From the NCBI RefSeq assembly GCF_964355755.1, contig NC_092675.1:29050912-29114911 (forward strand): 64,000 nt of DNA. The letters are read 5' to 3'. The notes under the pieces were generated by a model. That model made no database searches. It was not told where the DNA came from and saw only the letters and a list, made by a program, of their open reading frames with translations. The position numbers and the translations under genes were made by a program. Source of the DNA: Antedon mediterranea (taxonomy: Eukaryota > Animalia > Echinodermata). Shown here in pieces: positions 25,540 through 37,938 of the stretch. Position 1 is the first letter of the stretch, and each line of letters opens with the position of its first letter.

Positions 25540-28500
25540 TTATACACTTTGCTTAAAAAGAAAAACAAATAATATTTCAAAAATATTCTTAAAATAATAT
25601 TAACTGTAATAAAAAAAATAACATTCAAAACTTTACTTTAAAGACAAACTTGACTCAAAATATCAACCTCCCTCAATTGGTAATCTTCATTTAAAAAATT
25701 AAGTCTTACACAAACAGTAAACTCCACTCAAAATATAAAACTTACTCAACTCAAGATATACTTTACGTTTACTCAAAATGTAAACTTTGCTATCATAACT
25801 CAAAAAGTTCCTTTTAATAATACCTGATTATAAATGTTTTAACATTTGTTCCCAACAAGAATGACATCATTTATATATATACTCTGTACTTTCAAGCCTC
25901 GTTAGCCATCTAGTGTTTTTCTAAGTAATATTTACTTTTGTTTTGTTTTGATGTTTCAATTATAAAATTTTCATTTACAAGGATGTTTTCATGAAGTTTA
26001 TTTTCATGAAGAAAATATTTGTGTTCAAGCCATTAATCCTAGCACGCATATGCAATGTGACGCAAATTTTGATTATACGTTGGAGACAATAGAAAACATC
26101 ATCTTTTCATTTATATTAAATTGCCTGATTTCCTCAGGAAACCAGATTCTATGCTATTCACCAAGACTTTGCGTCTCTAATCAGAGGTTAGCACAAATTA
26201 CTTAACACTCTTTAAACAATGGAAATATGACTCACACAATCGCAGGTTTGTAACTCAACATCCACGGTCAGCTGCGATATGAGTGAGGTTGTACCGTTTT
26301 CTGACGCAGGCCTTTTTTTGATTTTTTTTTTTTGGGAAATTTGCTTGAGTAGTTGTTGTTGTTGATTAATGAATTGAAATTTACATTAGAAAAAATGCTT
26401 GGTTATCTTACTCGTACACAAAAGTATAGAACGCATAAATTCATCGGCAGAGTTCTACCAATAATTAGAAAATTAGCTTACAAAATGTTTGAAATTGCGT
26501 ACTCACGGAAATGAATATTCTGTATAAACTAGAATCTTCAATGAAAAAAAATGTTGAATTGAAGTTTGATATCATTAATGTTGACATTTTGAATAACGTC
26601 CTTGTATATACTGCCCTCTATCTAGAGCTAGTCAGCAGACAAGATCAAAAGATAAGTAATTTTCAGATAAAAATCATTTATGTGGGTAAATCATTTAAAT
26701 AAGAGTCTTTGAATTCAGAACATTATAATGAGCACGCTTCGTCAGAGTGTCGGATGCAATCCCTCAGGGAAGTTTTCAGACTATCCCAGGGGGTTTAGAC
26801 TACCCCGTGGGTGTTGGAACCTCCCCATGTCTCAGACACAATCAATCAGTAAATGTTCTTTTTTGATTAAATCAATTTTTGTAAAGAGACTAAAGTGCTT
26901 ACTGTAAAATGTTGACAGGAAGGATTTTGTTATTTTATAGTATAAGGCAGACATTTTAGACATCTTTATTAAAATCAAAACTTATTCTCCAACTTTTCCA
27001 GTATTTCAAAATGTGTATAATATAAAATAATTATCATTTACTAAACTTTTGGAGAAGGTTTGGCTCTAGAATTTGTTTTAATTTACCATTTGTTCCAAAA
27101 TATGACATTTTTTCTTCCTTGTTGTAGTAAATGACCAACCTTTGCAAATGTTAACAGATTTTAAGCAACAAGTAATTTTATGAGATCATATTTTAATCAT
27201 AAAGAAGATTCGTATAAACAATATGTGTAATGTTAATTTGGTACTTTAATTAGGCAACTAGCAATGGCACATCCAGGATTTTGAAATTGGCAAATGTTGT
27301 GATAATCATTGTATTGCAATTTCACAAATTTAGGTACTCATTACCAGTTTGCTGATATTCACCAACTTTATTAAACTTTATTATCAATTCATTTACTTTT
27401 TGGTCTTTTATTTTAAAGTTTGAAAAGGCCTATTTATAAAACCTAATTGCTTTAAGCCTAAAACTTGTTAAATTTAATGAAGAATATGAATTATAAATTG
27501 AAATGTTTATTACTTCATAAATGTCATATTATTATATAAAGAAATTAAATCTTTGATAATAAAAATATATTTAAATGTTGCCATAAGCTAAGTTTGGATT
27601 AAAGCATGGTTTAATTCTACTAACCAACCATCACACCACCCTACTATTTTACTTTTATGATATATGGTTTTATGAAATTAATTTGAGTAATTAAAATAAG
27701 TAACAATTTGATCACAAAATGTTTGTGGTACATTAATAATATATAAATAAGTAGATAAAATGTTGGGAGTACGCCATAATTTAATACTATAATGCCCTGG
27801 TATAGAGTGACTTACATTTAAAATTCAATATGTTTGTACTTTGTTTGTTAGTGGAATCTCCTAATATATTTTAACACTTTCGTTATTAAACTTTAGTGAT
27901 AGTTATTAATTGTAACCTACAATTATTGTCAAGGTTAAAGGTCATAAAATAGAGCAGCAAATGATTGAAAAACTAATAATACGCTACTGTATATAGAAAT
28001 CAAATCAGAATTTATACCAAAATTGATGGTGCTGCATAGGCAAATACGTAACATCCAAAGAGTGACATGACAGTTAAGTTGCTACAATTTATTTGAAAAT
28101 ATTATCACAAATGAAATGTCCTGATGTGTTTGTCAATTGATAATATATATATTTTGATTTGTTGAAAGATAGATGCTGTGTTGCTGTTAAATATTTTCTA
28201 AATATATAAAAGGGGAAAACTTTCAAGCAAAGTAATACCATAGAGCGAAGAAACTTTGACAGAAGTGGAATCAGCATTGTTTATAAGGCACAAGCAATAG
28301 ACTGGGGTCTGGGTTGTGTGAATTGAATTGAATAGTGGGGCACGGGGGTGCATCAGGCACCCCAGCCTCTGATTGGTGCATGTGTATTCTCCCACTACAG
28401 GAAGCCTCTGAGAAGCAACTAATATGCTTTCCTTTTTTCTGGGACACTCAAGACCTAGAGCATAGGAACGAACCGAACATTGCTGCATACACTGACTTAA

Positions 28501-30685
28501 GTCCACACCTTAAAATGTATACTCCACATGCCAAAACCAATTTATGCCCATTTATAATTGTTATTTTAAACAAAACATAAATAAAACTTCTAGTGAAAAC
28601 TAATCTTTAACAGTTTAGAATATGATGTATGATATTAGGACATTTCTATGTGAAATTGATATTTTCAAAATGCGTAGGCTGAAAAAGAATAAAAATCTTA
28701 TACATTTTTTTTTTGGTCAGTTGAACGTGACCATGGGACTAATAGCTGATTGGTGATAATTGAGCATGTCATGAAACGGAAAGAAGGACGACTTGAAGGG
28801 TTCAACGCACGCGCTCACAAATCCGACGGAAGGAAGTAAGGGGATGACGGGAATGCTATTTAGGATATGTGGAAATTAACCTAATCTTATCTGATAACAT
28901 TGCGCATGCCTACTGTGCATCCGGAAACAATCTTAAAAAAGCCAATTTCACGATGATAGTGACAACATTAGCAGGTGCTTCAGTAATTTTTGCTATTGTG
29001 AAATAATTTTTGTAGAAATTTATTGTGGTTTTTATTATCGTTTTCATCAAAATTTGATTTGCGTCATGCAACTAAATTAAGTTAAATCTACCGTATTTCT
29101 CTTACGAACAAGACAGCTCGGAAAGTAAAGCATATGTATTATTTCCCAAAGTACACAACTCTTTTTCAATTTTTTAAGTGGCTATTTTAAAATATGACAG
29201 AATTTAAGGAGTGTTAACTTCCTGTATAATTAATATGTCTGATTTTAGTCTATAAGATTAGACATAATGTTCTTAATATTTACAATTCTAGTAATGCTCT
29301 TGTCTGGCATTTCTATTCAGTCTAACTGTTTCCTATTCTTTCTTTTTTTAACTTTCTCTTATCAATTCTCAGTCTTTCTTCTAATTATCTTTTTACTCTT
29401 TTGACTATTTCCTAATCTTTTTTTTTCACTTTCTCTTATCAATTCTTTTCTTTTCTTTTCATTATCCACTATCTCTTATTTAATCATCTTTGTCATCTCC
29501 TTTCTTATCTTCAATATTTCTGATTTAATATTCATAATCTTTCATATCTATTTGTTCTTTTATTCTTTTAGTTTTTGTGTATTAATTGTTTCTTTTGGCA
29601 TCAATTGCTATTTTCCAAAGTTTCATCATTTCTCATATCCACTATGTTTTATATTTCTCTTTTCTTATCTTTTTTTAATATCTAATGTATATTTATTCTT
29701 GTTGTTTGTTTTAGGTATGTTTTTCTTTTTACATCCATTGCTATTTTACTAATTTACCTTCAAGTTTCATACTTTTCTTAATACCTTTCCATTTTTCTTT
29801 TCTATTCACACTGTTTCATTTATCAATCAGTAAAAAAAACTTGCTTTATTGTATTGCTGTTTTACTGCCAGATCTTCATTCTTCCAAATCTCAAGTGTTA
29901 GAGCTGATGGCAATGTTCAAGTTGATTTGTTTACACAACATTTTAAAATGGTATTTAATAAACAAATTACAAAATAATTATAAACATTGTGTGAGTAATT
30001 ATGTTTAGTTTCTATTGACCACTGATTCTGAAATAAAAGATTGAATTCATTAATTGAATTAAGCCAAATGCTTTAGGTTTGGTTTTCCAAAATAGATATT
30101 ATGAATATTTTGTTACATTAGTGAATAGTGAAATAGAGCACATATTTGCAAAAAAAAGGTTCTTATTAACAACATACACTAATGTGAATAGTAAGATTGA
30201 TGCAGTTTTCAATAAGAATTATTTTATATTTTTTAGGCCTACCTAGTTTATGCTAGGTAGGCCTATGTCATACCTAGCATAAATTTAAAGTAATTTAAGT
30301 TATCTATAATATCTCTATGGTTTAGTGGAAGATTATTCCATAAGGTTCATTTTTTATATTCACAAGGGTGAGATGGATTGCTGTTAGTGGTTGGTTGGTC
30401 TTGTTGACAGCAGTGGCAGTGATGACCTAGTGATATGAGCAAGGTTGATAATGGTTTCAGTAGGTTTAAGTTCAGCGTTCAGGTTTATTTACAAAATTGA
30501 GAATTGATTAAACGCATAAACACACAAGAATGAAATCTAACAAAGTTAAAGATTTCCAACTTTTCAAAATGTTTCCAACAATGATGTCCATAATATCTAA
30601 ACATTTTTTACTGAATGATTAGTAGCCTAGTTACATGGGGCTGGTTAGTTAATTAAGTTTCTTACGTCAGTTTGTTACTACGTTA

Positions 30686-31112
30686 AGCTTGGTTCACACT
30701 AGAACGTAACGCAAGGACGTAAACGCAACGCCATTGGTTAAAACGCTTGCGTTGCGTTTACGTCCTTGCGTTAGGTTCAAGTGGGAACCAAGCTTTAATG
30801 GTAAACTGTTACGTTAGTTAGTGGAATTATTACGTTAGTGGCTAAACTGTTAGGTTAGTTAGTGGAATTACTACGTTATGCTTGGTTCCCACTTGAGACG
30901 CAAGACAAGGACGTAACGCAACGTAAGTGAATTGACCAATCACAAGCGATGGATTATTCGAACGGTCGCTTGTCATTGGTCAACACGTGTGCGTTGCGTT
31001 TACGTCCTTGCGTTACGTCCTAGTGAGAACCAAGATTTAGTGGTTAAACTGTTACGCTAGTTAGTGGAATTATTACGTTAGTGGTTAAACTGTTACGTTA
31101 GTGAGTGGAATT
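30686..31112. repeat. 41-bp minisatellite (gtggttaaactgttacgttagttagtggaattattacgtta) carrying two family B MITEs (30686-30794, 30879-31036)
   Basis: About 4 repeat units are visible, and both MITEs are flanked by TTA. Confidence 0.88.
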
Positions 31113-32273
31113 GATTTTGAAAGAATGGGTGATACAAAATAGATGTATTAATAATTATTCTGATCGCAAAAGTGGTAGTACGTGACAACTTTGAGCTTCT
31201 GATGCCACTATAATTTCGATGATCTTTATGTAGGGTAGGAATACAGTGTCTAAGATATGAGCATTCATAGATGGCAGACGAAATAAGGAAAACGGCGCCA
31301 AAAGAAAGGGATGATAAAGGTGACTAAAGATAGTTTTCGAAACAAACATGAATTCCGGGTTTAAAATTGATAGATCTTCATCAGAGAATAAAGAGATCGA
31401 AGATTATGAAATATAATTGTTTAAGCTTTGTTATTAACATCGTCAACTATAATTCAATAGTCAACATCACAGTCACGCAACGTATTTTCATTTTCAAACT
31501 TGATCTTTAAGAAGGGCAAGTCATTACGTCATTCGAATCATATCCGCTTACAAAAAAGAGACATAAATATTATTCAACATAGTCTAAGTGAATCGCTTAA
31601 TCAATTACTTGTTTCAATAACTTTTAATACACAGGGGTGATCCCTCCTAGACGATGTTTACGTACAGGAAATATAAATTGTGTTGCGAAACGAATTTTTT
31701 CCCGTGAGAGGGGAGAAAGTACAGACGGGGTATCACGCACAGGGGCGACAGTTAAACGTAAAGAAGCTTTAATCGATGTCGTCGCGTGAAGTGTGAGTAG
31801 CGTGCTTAGTTTAATCCCCAGGCTAGGGGTATATTATGAAAACTTCCGCCTACCCTTCCTTGACATTTATCCGTCTACCCTTTTCTTCTTGTTAAGTCAA
31901 CAAACTTCAAGAATCGAACTTTAGTCAGAGAACACGATGAACACTCGGTAAAAGTACATTAACCTCTGCCATTTTAACTGTCTATGGTTCCAGTCATTAA
32001 AATAGTAACTGTTTTACAGTCAAGCTGAGAAATTAGATCGCAACTACCGGTTTTCATCGAATGGGTCCCGGATCACAGCAGTTTCTCTGATTTATTTCTT
32101 CCTTTCCACATTTGTTTTTTACGGCATTAAAATTATGTTTTTCATCAAAGGCGTGGGCAACCCGTTACCAACGCGTCATAATATAGGTGTTGAGTGATTA
32201 GTTAATAGTTTACGCAAGACAAACAATCAACAATTAACTAGAAACAGTAGTAATAGTCCGATTATCATCTATC

Positions 32274-32282
32274 ATGCGGCAC
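32274..32282 (+). CDS. NFI: Candidate alternative NFI first exon, coding part (MRH)
   Basis: ATG CGG CAC|gtaagt, phase 0, with an in-frame stop upstream. Lies just after a CpG-richer promoter-like stretch (32140-32210). Confidence 0.45.
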
Positions 32283-32606
32283 GTAAGTTTAAAATCGACA
32301 TGCCGCAATAGCCTACTTATAGCAATTAACCCACATATGCCAGTCCTGTATTGTTTTTTATCCCCCAGTTCATAACTGCTAAATAGAACACTGTATAAAG
32401 TTAGTAGGTCTATTACTTTTGTCTTAGGGGACGGAACCGTACTTTTGTAGACTTTCCCCAAGTCTGTGTATGATGTCTTTTTTTATGTTATAAGTCAGCG
32501 GTTCGATTTGGAAACTACGTGTTTTGCGCTCAAGCTATACGTATAAAGCACCATACAGTATATGCCAAAATATTTATCTTTTTACTAATATTAATTCGAA
32601 ACACAG

Positions 32607-32645
32607 TCTAACCCAGACTACCTACTTAGCTATAAAAGATCACAG
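32607..32645 (+). CDS. NFI: Candidate alternative NFI micro-exon (SNPDYLLSYKRSQ)
   Basis: Branch-like tactaat (32583), acacag acceptor and a perfect CAG|gtaagt donor. 39 nt, open in phase 0-0, compatible with the DEFHPF exon. Confidence 0.5.
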
Positions 32646-33018
32646 GTAAGTTTAAACCTATAGGCCTAGTTGTTTTTTTGTTGTTGGTTTGTTGTTTTTT
32701 TTAAACAAAAAAGGTTTGTTGAACCCAGCACCAATTTCACATATCAGATCGCCCACACTGAGTGTAGTAGGCCTACGTGTATGTTATAAATCACATTACC
32801 ACACCACATAGTGAAAAAGTCAAATCATCAAGACTACACTTAATGTAATTTTATTTAGGCCTTATACGCCTTCACATTATCCTATTAAAGCATGAACGCT
32901 AAAAACACTACAAGCAGAAATCTCAAACAAATTATAGAAATGTGTACATTTAAACCAGTTATAGTTATGTATGAGAGAATGTATCTGGTGGGTGAAAATC
33001 TGTGATAATACCATATGT

Positions 33019-33090
33019 GGTTCTGTGATGTAGTGGTATCATATTCGCCCTGTAAGCGAGAGGTCGCAGGTCCGAATCCAGCCAGAGAAA
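33019..33090 (+). pseudogene. tRNA pseudogene or tRNA-derived SINE head (Val-like body, TGT in the anticodon position)
   Basis: 72-nt cloverleaf-like sequence with A box (TGATGTAGTGG), anticodon stem TTCGC/GCGAG and T-arm GCAGG-TCCGAAT-CCAGC. It has mismatches in the acceptor and T stems, C at position 33, and TCC instead of TTC. Confidence 0.7.
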
Positions 33091-34464
33091 TGTTTTGATA
33101 CAACTAAAAATACGGAACTTTCGCCGATGAGCTATGCTCGACTCGATTATAAGATCATGTTCCGTATATGAGCACTGTTTCAATAATTTGACAGTATGAT
33201 TTATATATTTATATACATTTTTCGAAATGGCTGGGTTTGATTTGTTAATCTTTTTCTCAAAAATTATATAATATTCTCTCCAAAAATTCGTTAGTCACGT
33301 CATGAAGTGACAGAGTATATGGTTTGATAACAATATTAAGAAGAGGGGAAGAGTTACACAAAACCACAAAACACAATTTTAGATTCAATCAGTTTTAATT
33401 TAATCTAGATTTTTTTTTGAACGTCTGTAAAGCTAGGCAATATTGTTAATAAGTGTTTTCATTTGAAAGAGTGTCTCTTGGTGAAAAAACACTCTTTCAC
33501 AGAACAGTATAAATATACAATATGTATTCTATTTTTTTATTTAGATGGTATAATAAGCTTTTACAGTTAGACTATTCATATGATATCACCATTTGTCAAT
33601 AATTATTATATCGGAAGATGATGTTAAGATGTATATGATGTGGGGGTATACGAAGAATTGTGAAAAAATGGGGGCTAAACTGTTTGAATGTTTAATGACA
33701 TCGTCAATCATTTTTTAGATTTTCACTTTGGAATGTGTTGGTGTATATTTACATTGATTTTAAACCGGAATAGCATCACAGGAGAAAATAAAATATCATC
33801 GACAAAAAAAGACCGCGGCAGGTTGAACGACTTGTTGACGCTGAGTTGTCATGCAATGCGCGCGACGCGTTTTATTATGAGGACACCTTTTGGCCACCAG
33901 AGGCCAAAAGCACGTGTCTTTACATATCTACACCCACGGCCGATCTCAACCTTTAATTGGTGTCATGGACAAGTTCTTTGAATCGCTTGTTCTGTTAACT
34001 TTATGTAATTTGTTCAAATGAGTCATGGATTACGGATGGAATTCAGAAACACGATAATTGAAAACTATAGTTCATTTCATAAGATGAGGACATTGTATTG
34101 TCCCACCCACCCTAACTGGTCTTCTGCTCGAATCTACCAAGACGTACATACGTCAAATGTACGACGAATGGTAGGATGAGAACTCATAACCTCTTGTGAT
34201 GATGCGCGTGAGTGAGTAGCCAATTATTATTTAATAATCATACGGTATATGCAGTTACAATTTTATCTTCTTGGTTTTAAAAATATCCGAAACTATACTC
34301 GAGCGATACTATACGAAAAGGGAGACCCTATATACGGAAATGGAGACCATGCTGAAAAGGGAGACACACGAAAAGGGAGACCCAAAGAATTGACAACATA
34401 ATAAATACATTTAGAACGAATGAGAAGGAGAGACGAGACAGACTCCCTTTTCGTGAGTTCATTA

Positions 34465-34823
34465 AGCTTGGTTCCAACTAGAGACGGCAACGCAAGGACG
34501 TGTTAAACGCAGCGTAAGTGATTTGACCACCAATCACAAGTGATGGATTATTCGAACAGTTACTTTTCATTGGACAACTCGCTTGCGTTGCGTCTACGTT
34601 CTTGCGTTGTGTCTTAAGCTTGGTTCCCACTAGAACGTAACGCAAGGACGTAAACGCAACGCAAGCGTTTTAACCAATGACAAGCGAAGTTATAGACAGT
34701 TAGCAATCACAAGCGAATAAGCCATCACTTGTGATTGGTCAATTCACTTGCGTTGCGTTACGTCCTTGTGTTGCGTCGCTAGTGGGAACCACGCTTTTGT
34801 GGTAGTAGGATGGGAACCAAGCT
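34465..34823. mobile_element. Nested family B MITEs (inner young copy 34617-34795)
   Basis: The right TIR of the outer copy is interrupted by a complete second copy. Confidence 0.85.
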
Positions 34824-35736
34824 TTAAGGTCTCCTTTTTGTACGCAGGGTCACAAGTTCTCGAAGGTTTTCTTTTTCATATTGTGTATCGGATCTTCGGT
34901 CTCTCCCCATCTGCAGACATTACCAATAAGAGGGAGAGATCTGGTAACTTTTATTTCTAAAAAGGTTGCCGTGCCCAGCGCATACCACCGGATAGCAGAC
35001 TCATTTGTTACAGATGCATATGCACCTAAACTCATGATCTTCTTTAAATCCTCTAACAGGTTGATCAGAACTCGTGGTACCTATTCGCACTCCTGGATCA
35101 TGACATGAGATTTCTGACACAGATTATCGTAACCGCTATAAATTATGGACAAATTACCGGTGTTGTGTTCCGCTGATGACAATGATCACTATATAACAAT
35201 TACTTTAATATGATGAGTGATAACGCTGATTGATGACGAAGAGGCCCCTAGCAGCTGCAGACATTGTGGTTTCCCCTAAAGGAAGGGGACGATTTCAAGT
35301 TCCTAATTATGGATCCGCCTTTTGATTCCAGAATATTGATTGAATAATCCCAGTCGACCCTTCTCATTATATTTATACGGTGCCACAACCATTGACTATA
35401 ATATCATTATCTTTTTTAAGGCTCAATAGTCATAGTACAGTATTAGTATAGGCCTATATGGCATAAAAGCTGAATGCATCATGGAATGGTAGATTCTCTA
35501 AACAAAATAATAATAATTGATAAAATTATAAAATAAATCATCGTTTCCAATCATTGTAATAATATTGAGTTGGGAAACTAGTCGATAAGCCCCCGTTCAC
35601 ATTAGTGGAAATTTGTAGGCTTACTTTAAACGTTAATATTATTATTTACAGGAGGCACGTGCGCGCCGCCTCAGGTCATGTGGTGGGCGTGGTTAAAAAA
35701 ATTGGCCCCTCCTTATAGCACACTTAATAGTGCATG

Positions 35737-35830
35737 TTTTTAGTCGCGACTCTACAGCTCACTATGTCGGTCGGTTGGTCGGTAAACACTAACTTAAGCA
35801 CGCGACTGCAGCCATGTATATGGCCTTGTT
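35737..35830 (+). mobile_element. Short Helentron/DINE-1-like non-autonomous element
   Basis: tttttagtcgcgactct...(gtcg)n...cacgcgact..gccatgtatatggccttgtt: subterminal inverted repeat, GTCG microsatellite, 3' hairpin, T-run ends. Confidence 0.55.
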
Positions 35831-36934
35831 ATTGTTGAAATAACATATTATTATTCATTAATAATTATGCGGATAAATATAAAATTCATAGGTAGACTCT
35901 ATCATAGTCTTCTGTTATATATTTAATTATTTACATTTATTTATGAAATGTAACTTGCATCCGGGCTTGCATCCTATAGCCAATTAAACAAATCATTGGT
36001 ATCTTCTGGTCGTAACCGGTTTCTAAAAATACTTGTTAGAATGACTTCTAGTTTAGGACCTATTGAACGTGGTCCCGTGCCCTTACTTCCTCAATTGGGC
36101 TTTTAAAAAAGAATTACTATTTATAAAAAGGATGCCAATAAACTAGATTTCCAGGTGAACAGCCGCAAACTGGAAGTGTTGTATTCTGTTACATTGTTCA
36201 ATACAATATAAGCTTATTGGTGGTAGGCCTAATATTGTTATTTTCCCGCGCTCTTCGTGTAGGGCTTTGTTTTTAATATTTGGCCTCCTATTCGGGTAAT
36301 TCCAAAATTATAGGCTAACTTGCATGTAAGAATGAGGCTTATGAATGAGTACGCACGCCATCTTACTTTTATTTTACGTTATTAACTATTATCCTTTAGT
36401 TGTTAGTTTCCGAACATAATTTAGATTAACTTGTTCAGCCTGCGTTTTTATTAGGATAGGATTAGCATGCGATACACAATTCAAACTTCAAGCAAGCAGC
36501 TTAAAAACCTGCAATACATTGCACACAAAACGTACAAATCAACTTTAAAAAATAGTCACGTAAAGGTAATTTATCATTATAAAACATAATATAGTAAAAT
36601 CGGAACTGCGTGTGTTGCTGCGGCCTTGATCCACATCTTTGCCGCTCTTACTTTAGGCCTCGTGATTCTAACGTTTCTAAGTTAAGGTCAACGTCCGCTG
36701 TCATTCTATAAGAACGTTCTAGGCACTGTTCATAAACACTTAATTAATATTGAAAATTATCAAATTCAATACTTTACGTAATTGTTGAATGTACCAATTA
36801 TTTGTTTTATACAATTTACATGAAATAAATAATAGTTGTGGTTCATGATTGAGATGTTATTTGCTGTTTTATTTTCAAAACATTGTGATCAGCTTATAAA
36901 TTCTTGTTACTGACTCAACGTAGGGTCTTCGTGT

Positions 36935-37010
36935 TGTACGTCAATCACTTATGCAAATATCAACCCTCCCACTTTTTTCATTGGCTGGCGATTACGCATC
37001 GGCTCATTTT
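36935..37010 (+). promoter_or_regulatory. Putative proximal NFI promoter
   Basis: CRE-like tacgtca, octamer ATGCAAAT (~36951) and an inverted CCAAT (attgg ~36980), in a CpG-richer zone ~300 bp upstream of the first coding exon. Confidence 0.4.
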
Positions 37011-37284
37011 TATGCTAATAGGATAGGGGATCTCTGAAACGTAAGCAAAACAAAGCGTTGGATTGCAACATACTCTGATCAATTTCTACTACGCCATAAC
37101 TACGAAAGAAGTATACCTTCTTCATAAAGCACATTTTAGTGGATTTGTTCCAATGATTCGGAGCCAAAATCGGCTCTGTTAGAAAGAATAAAATTTTACC
37201 GAAACACGAGGTACGGTAGAGACGGAGCGAGCCAAGTTGGATTACTCTTGTGATGTGAGCGAGCTGAATGCAGAAACCAGACCC

Positions 37285-37305
37285 ATGCATACAATCATGT
37301 CTATG
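37285..37305 (+). CDS. NFI: NFI coding exon 1 (MHTIMSM)
   Basis: ATG CAT ACA ATC ATG TCT ATG|gtaagg, phase 0, with an in-frame stop upstream. A short first exon joined to DEFHPF is the vertebrate NFI arrangement. Confidence 0.75.
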
Positions 37306-37938
37306 GTAAGGATATTTTCGGATTTGTTTACATTTTGTGTTATCATAGAAAACTATGAAAATGCCCATTAAGCGTTTTAGAATTACAGTTATACCACCAA
37401 ATACTGTATCAAGATATATCAGTGCACCTATGTGTTGTTTAATATATTGTAGCAATAGATTTAAATAAGTAATTCTAGCTAGAACTTTCTAGTAAGCTAG
37501 GCCGACCCTGGTAAACACATGATCGTCGTCATGTTTTGGTTTGGTACAACGTGGTGGTCGGTGTGTAGCATGATAAGCACACAATACGACACGAGAGCCA
37601 TGCCATCCATGGCGTTGTGATAATTGTCCGGTTTATGTGCGCGTAGTTTTGTTAGTATGTTTAGTGTATAAAATTGCTTTGATAATTAATACGGCGCTAG
37701 GCCTATACTATTCTATACCATACTGTATTTATTTATTTATTTATTTATTTATTTTATGTCTTTAGGCAATGTGGCCAAGGATTACCAATAGTGAATTAAT
37801 CACTGTCCTATCAGATAGGTGGTAATCCCCCTGATAAAGGGGCTATTGTGTGAACCAGTTCACTCTCTGTAAGAGATTAATAATACAATTTTTTTATTCA
37901 TCTAACTTTGACTTATTTTATGTTATATTTCTGTATAG

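Noticed and set aside
29330-29820. Hydrophobic ORF 29552-29752 in a T/C-rich tract
   Set aside because: Low-complexity pyrimidine-rich DNA produces F/L/S-rich pseudo-TM peptides by composition alone.
31155-31400. - strand ORF with VFLPYIK and a nearby CTGATGA, as a Penelope remnant
   Set aside because: The motif is too short, and there is no GAAA or stem structure to support a hammerhead.
31776-31798. ATGTCGTCGCGTGAAGT|gtgagt as another NFI first exon
   Set aside because: The strong donor gives phase 2, incompatible with the phase-0 DEFHPF exon. The phase-0 donor (gtgtga) is weak.
37015-37455. 146-aa - strand ORF
   Set aside because: Antisense to the NFI 5' UTR and exon 1; non-ATG start and no recognisable domain.
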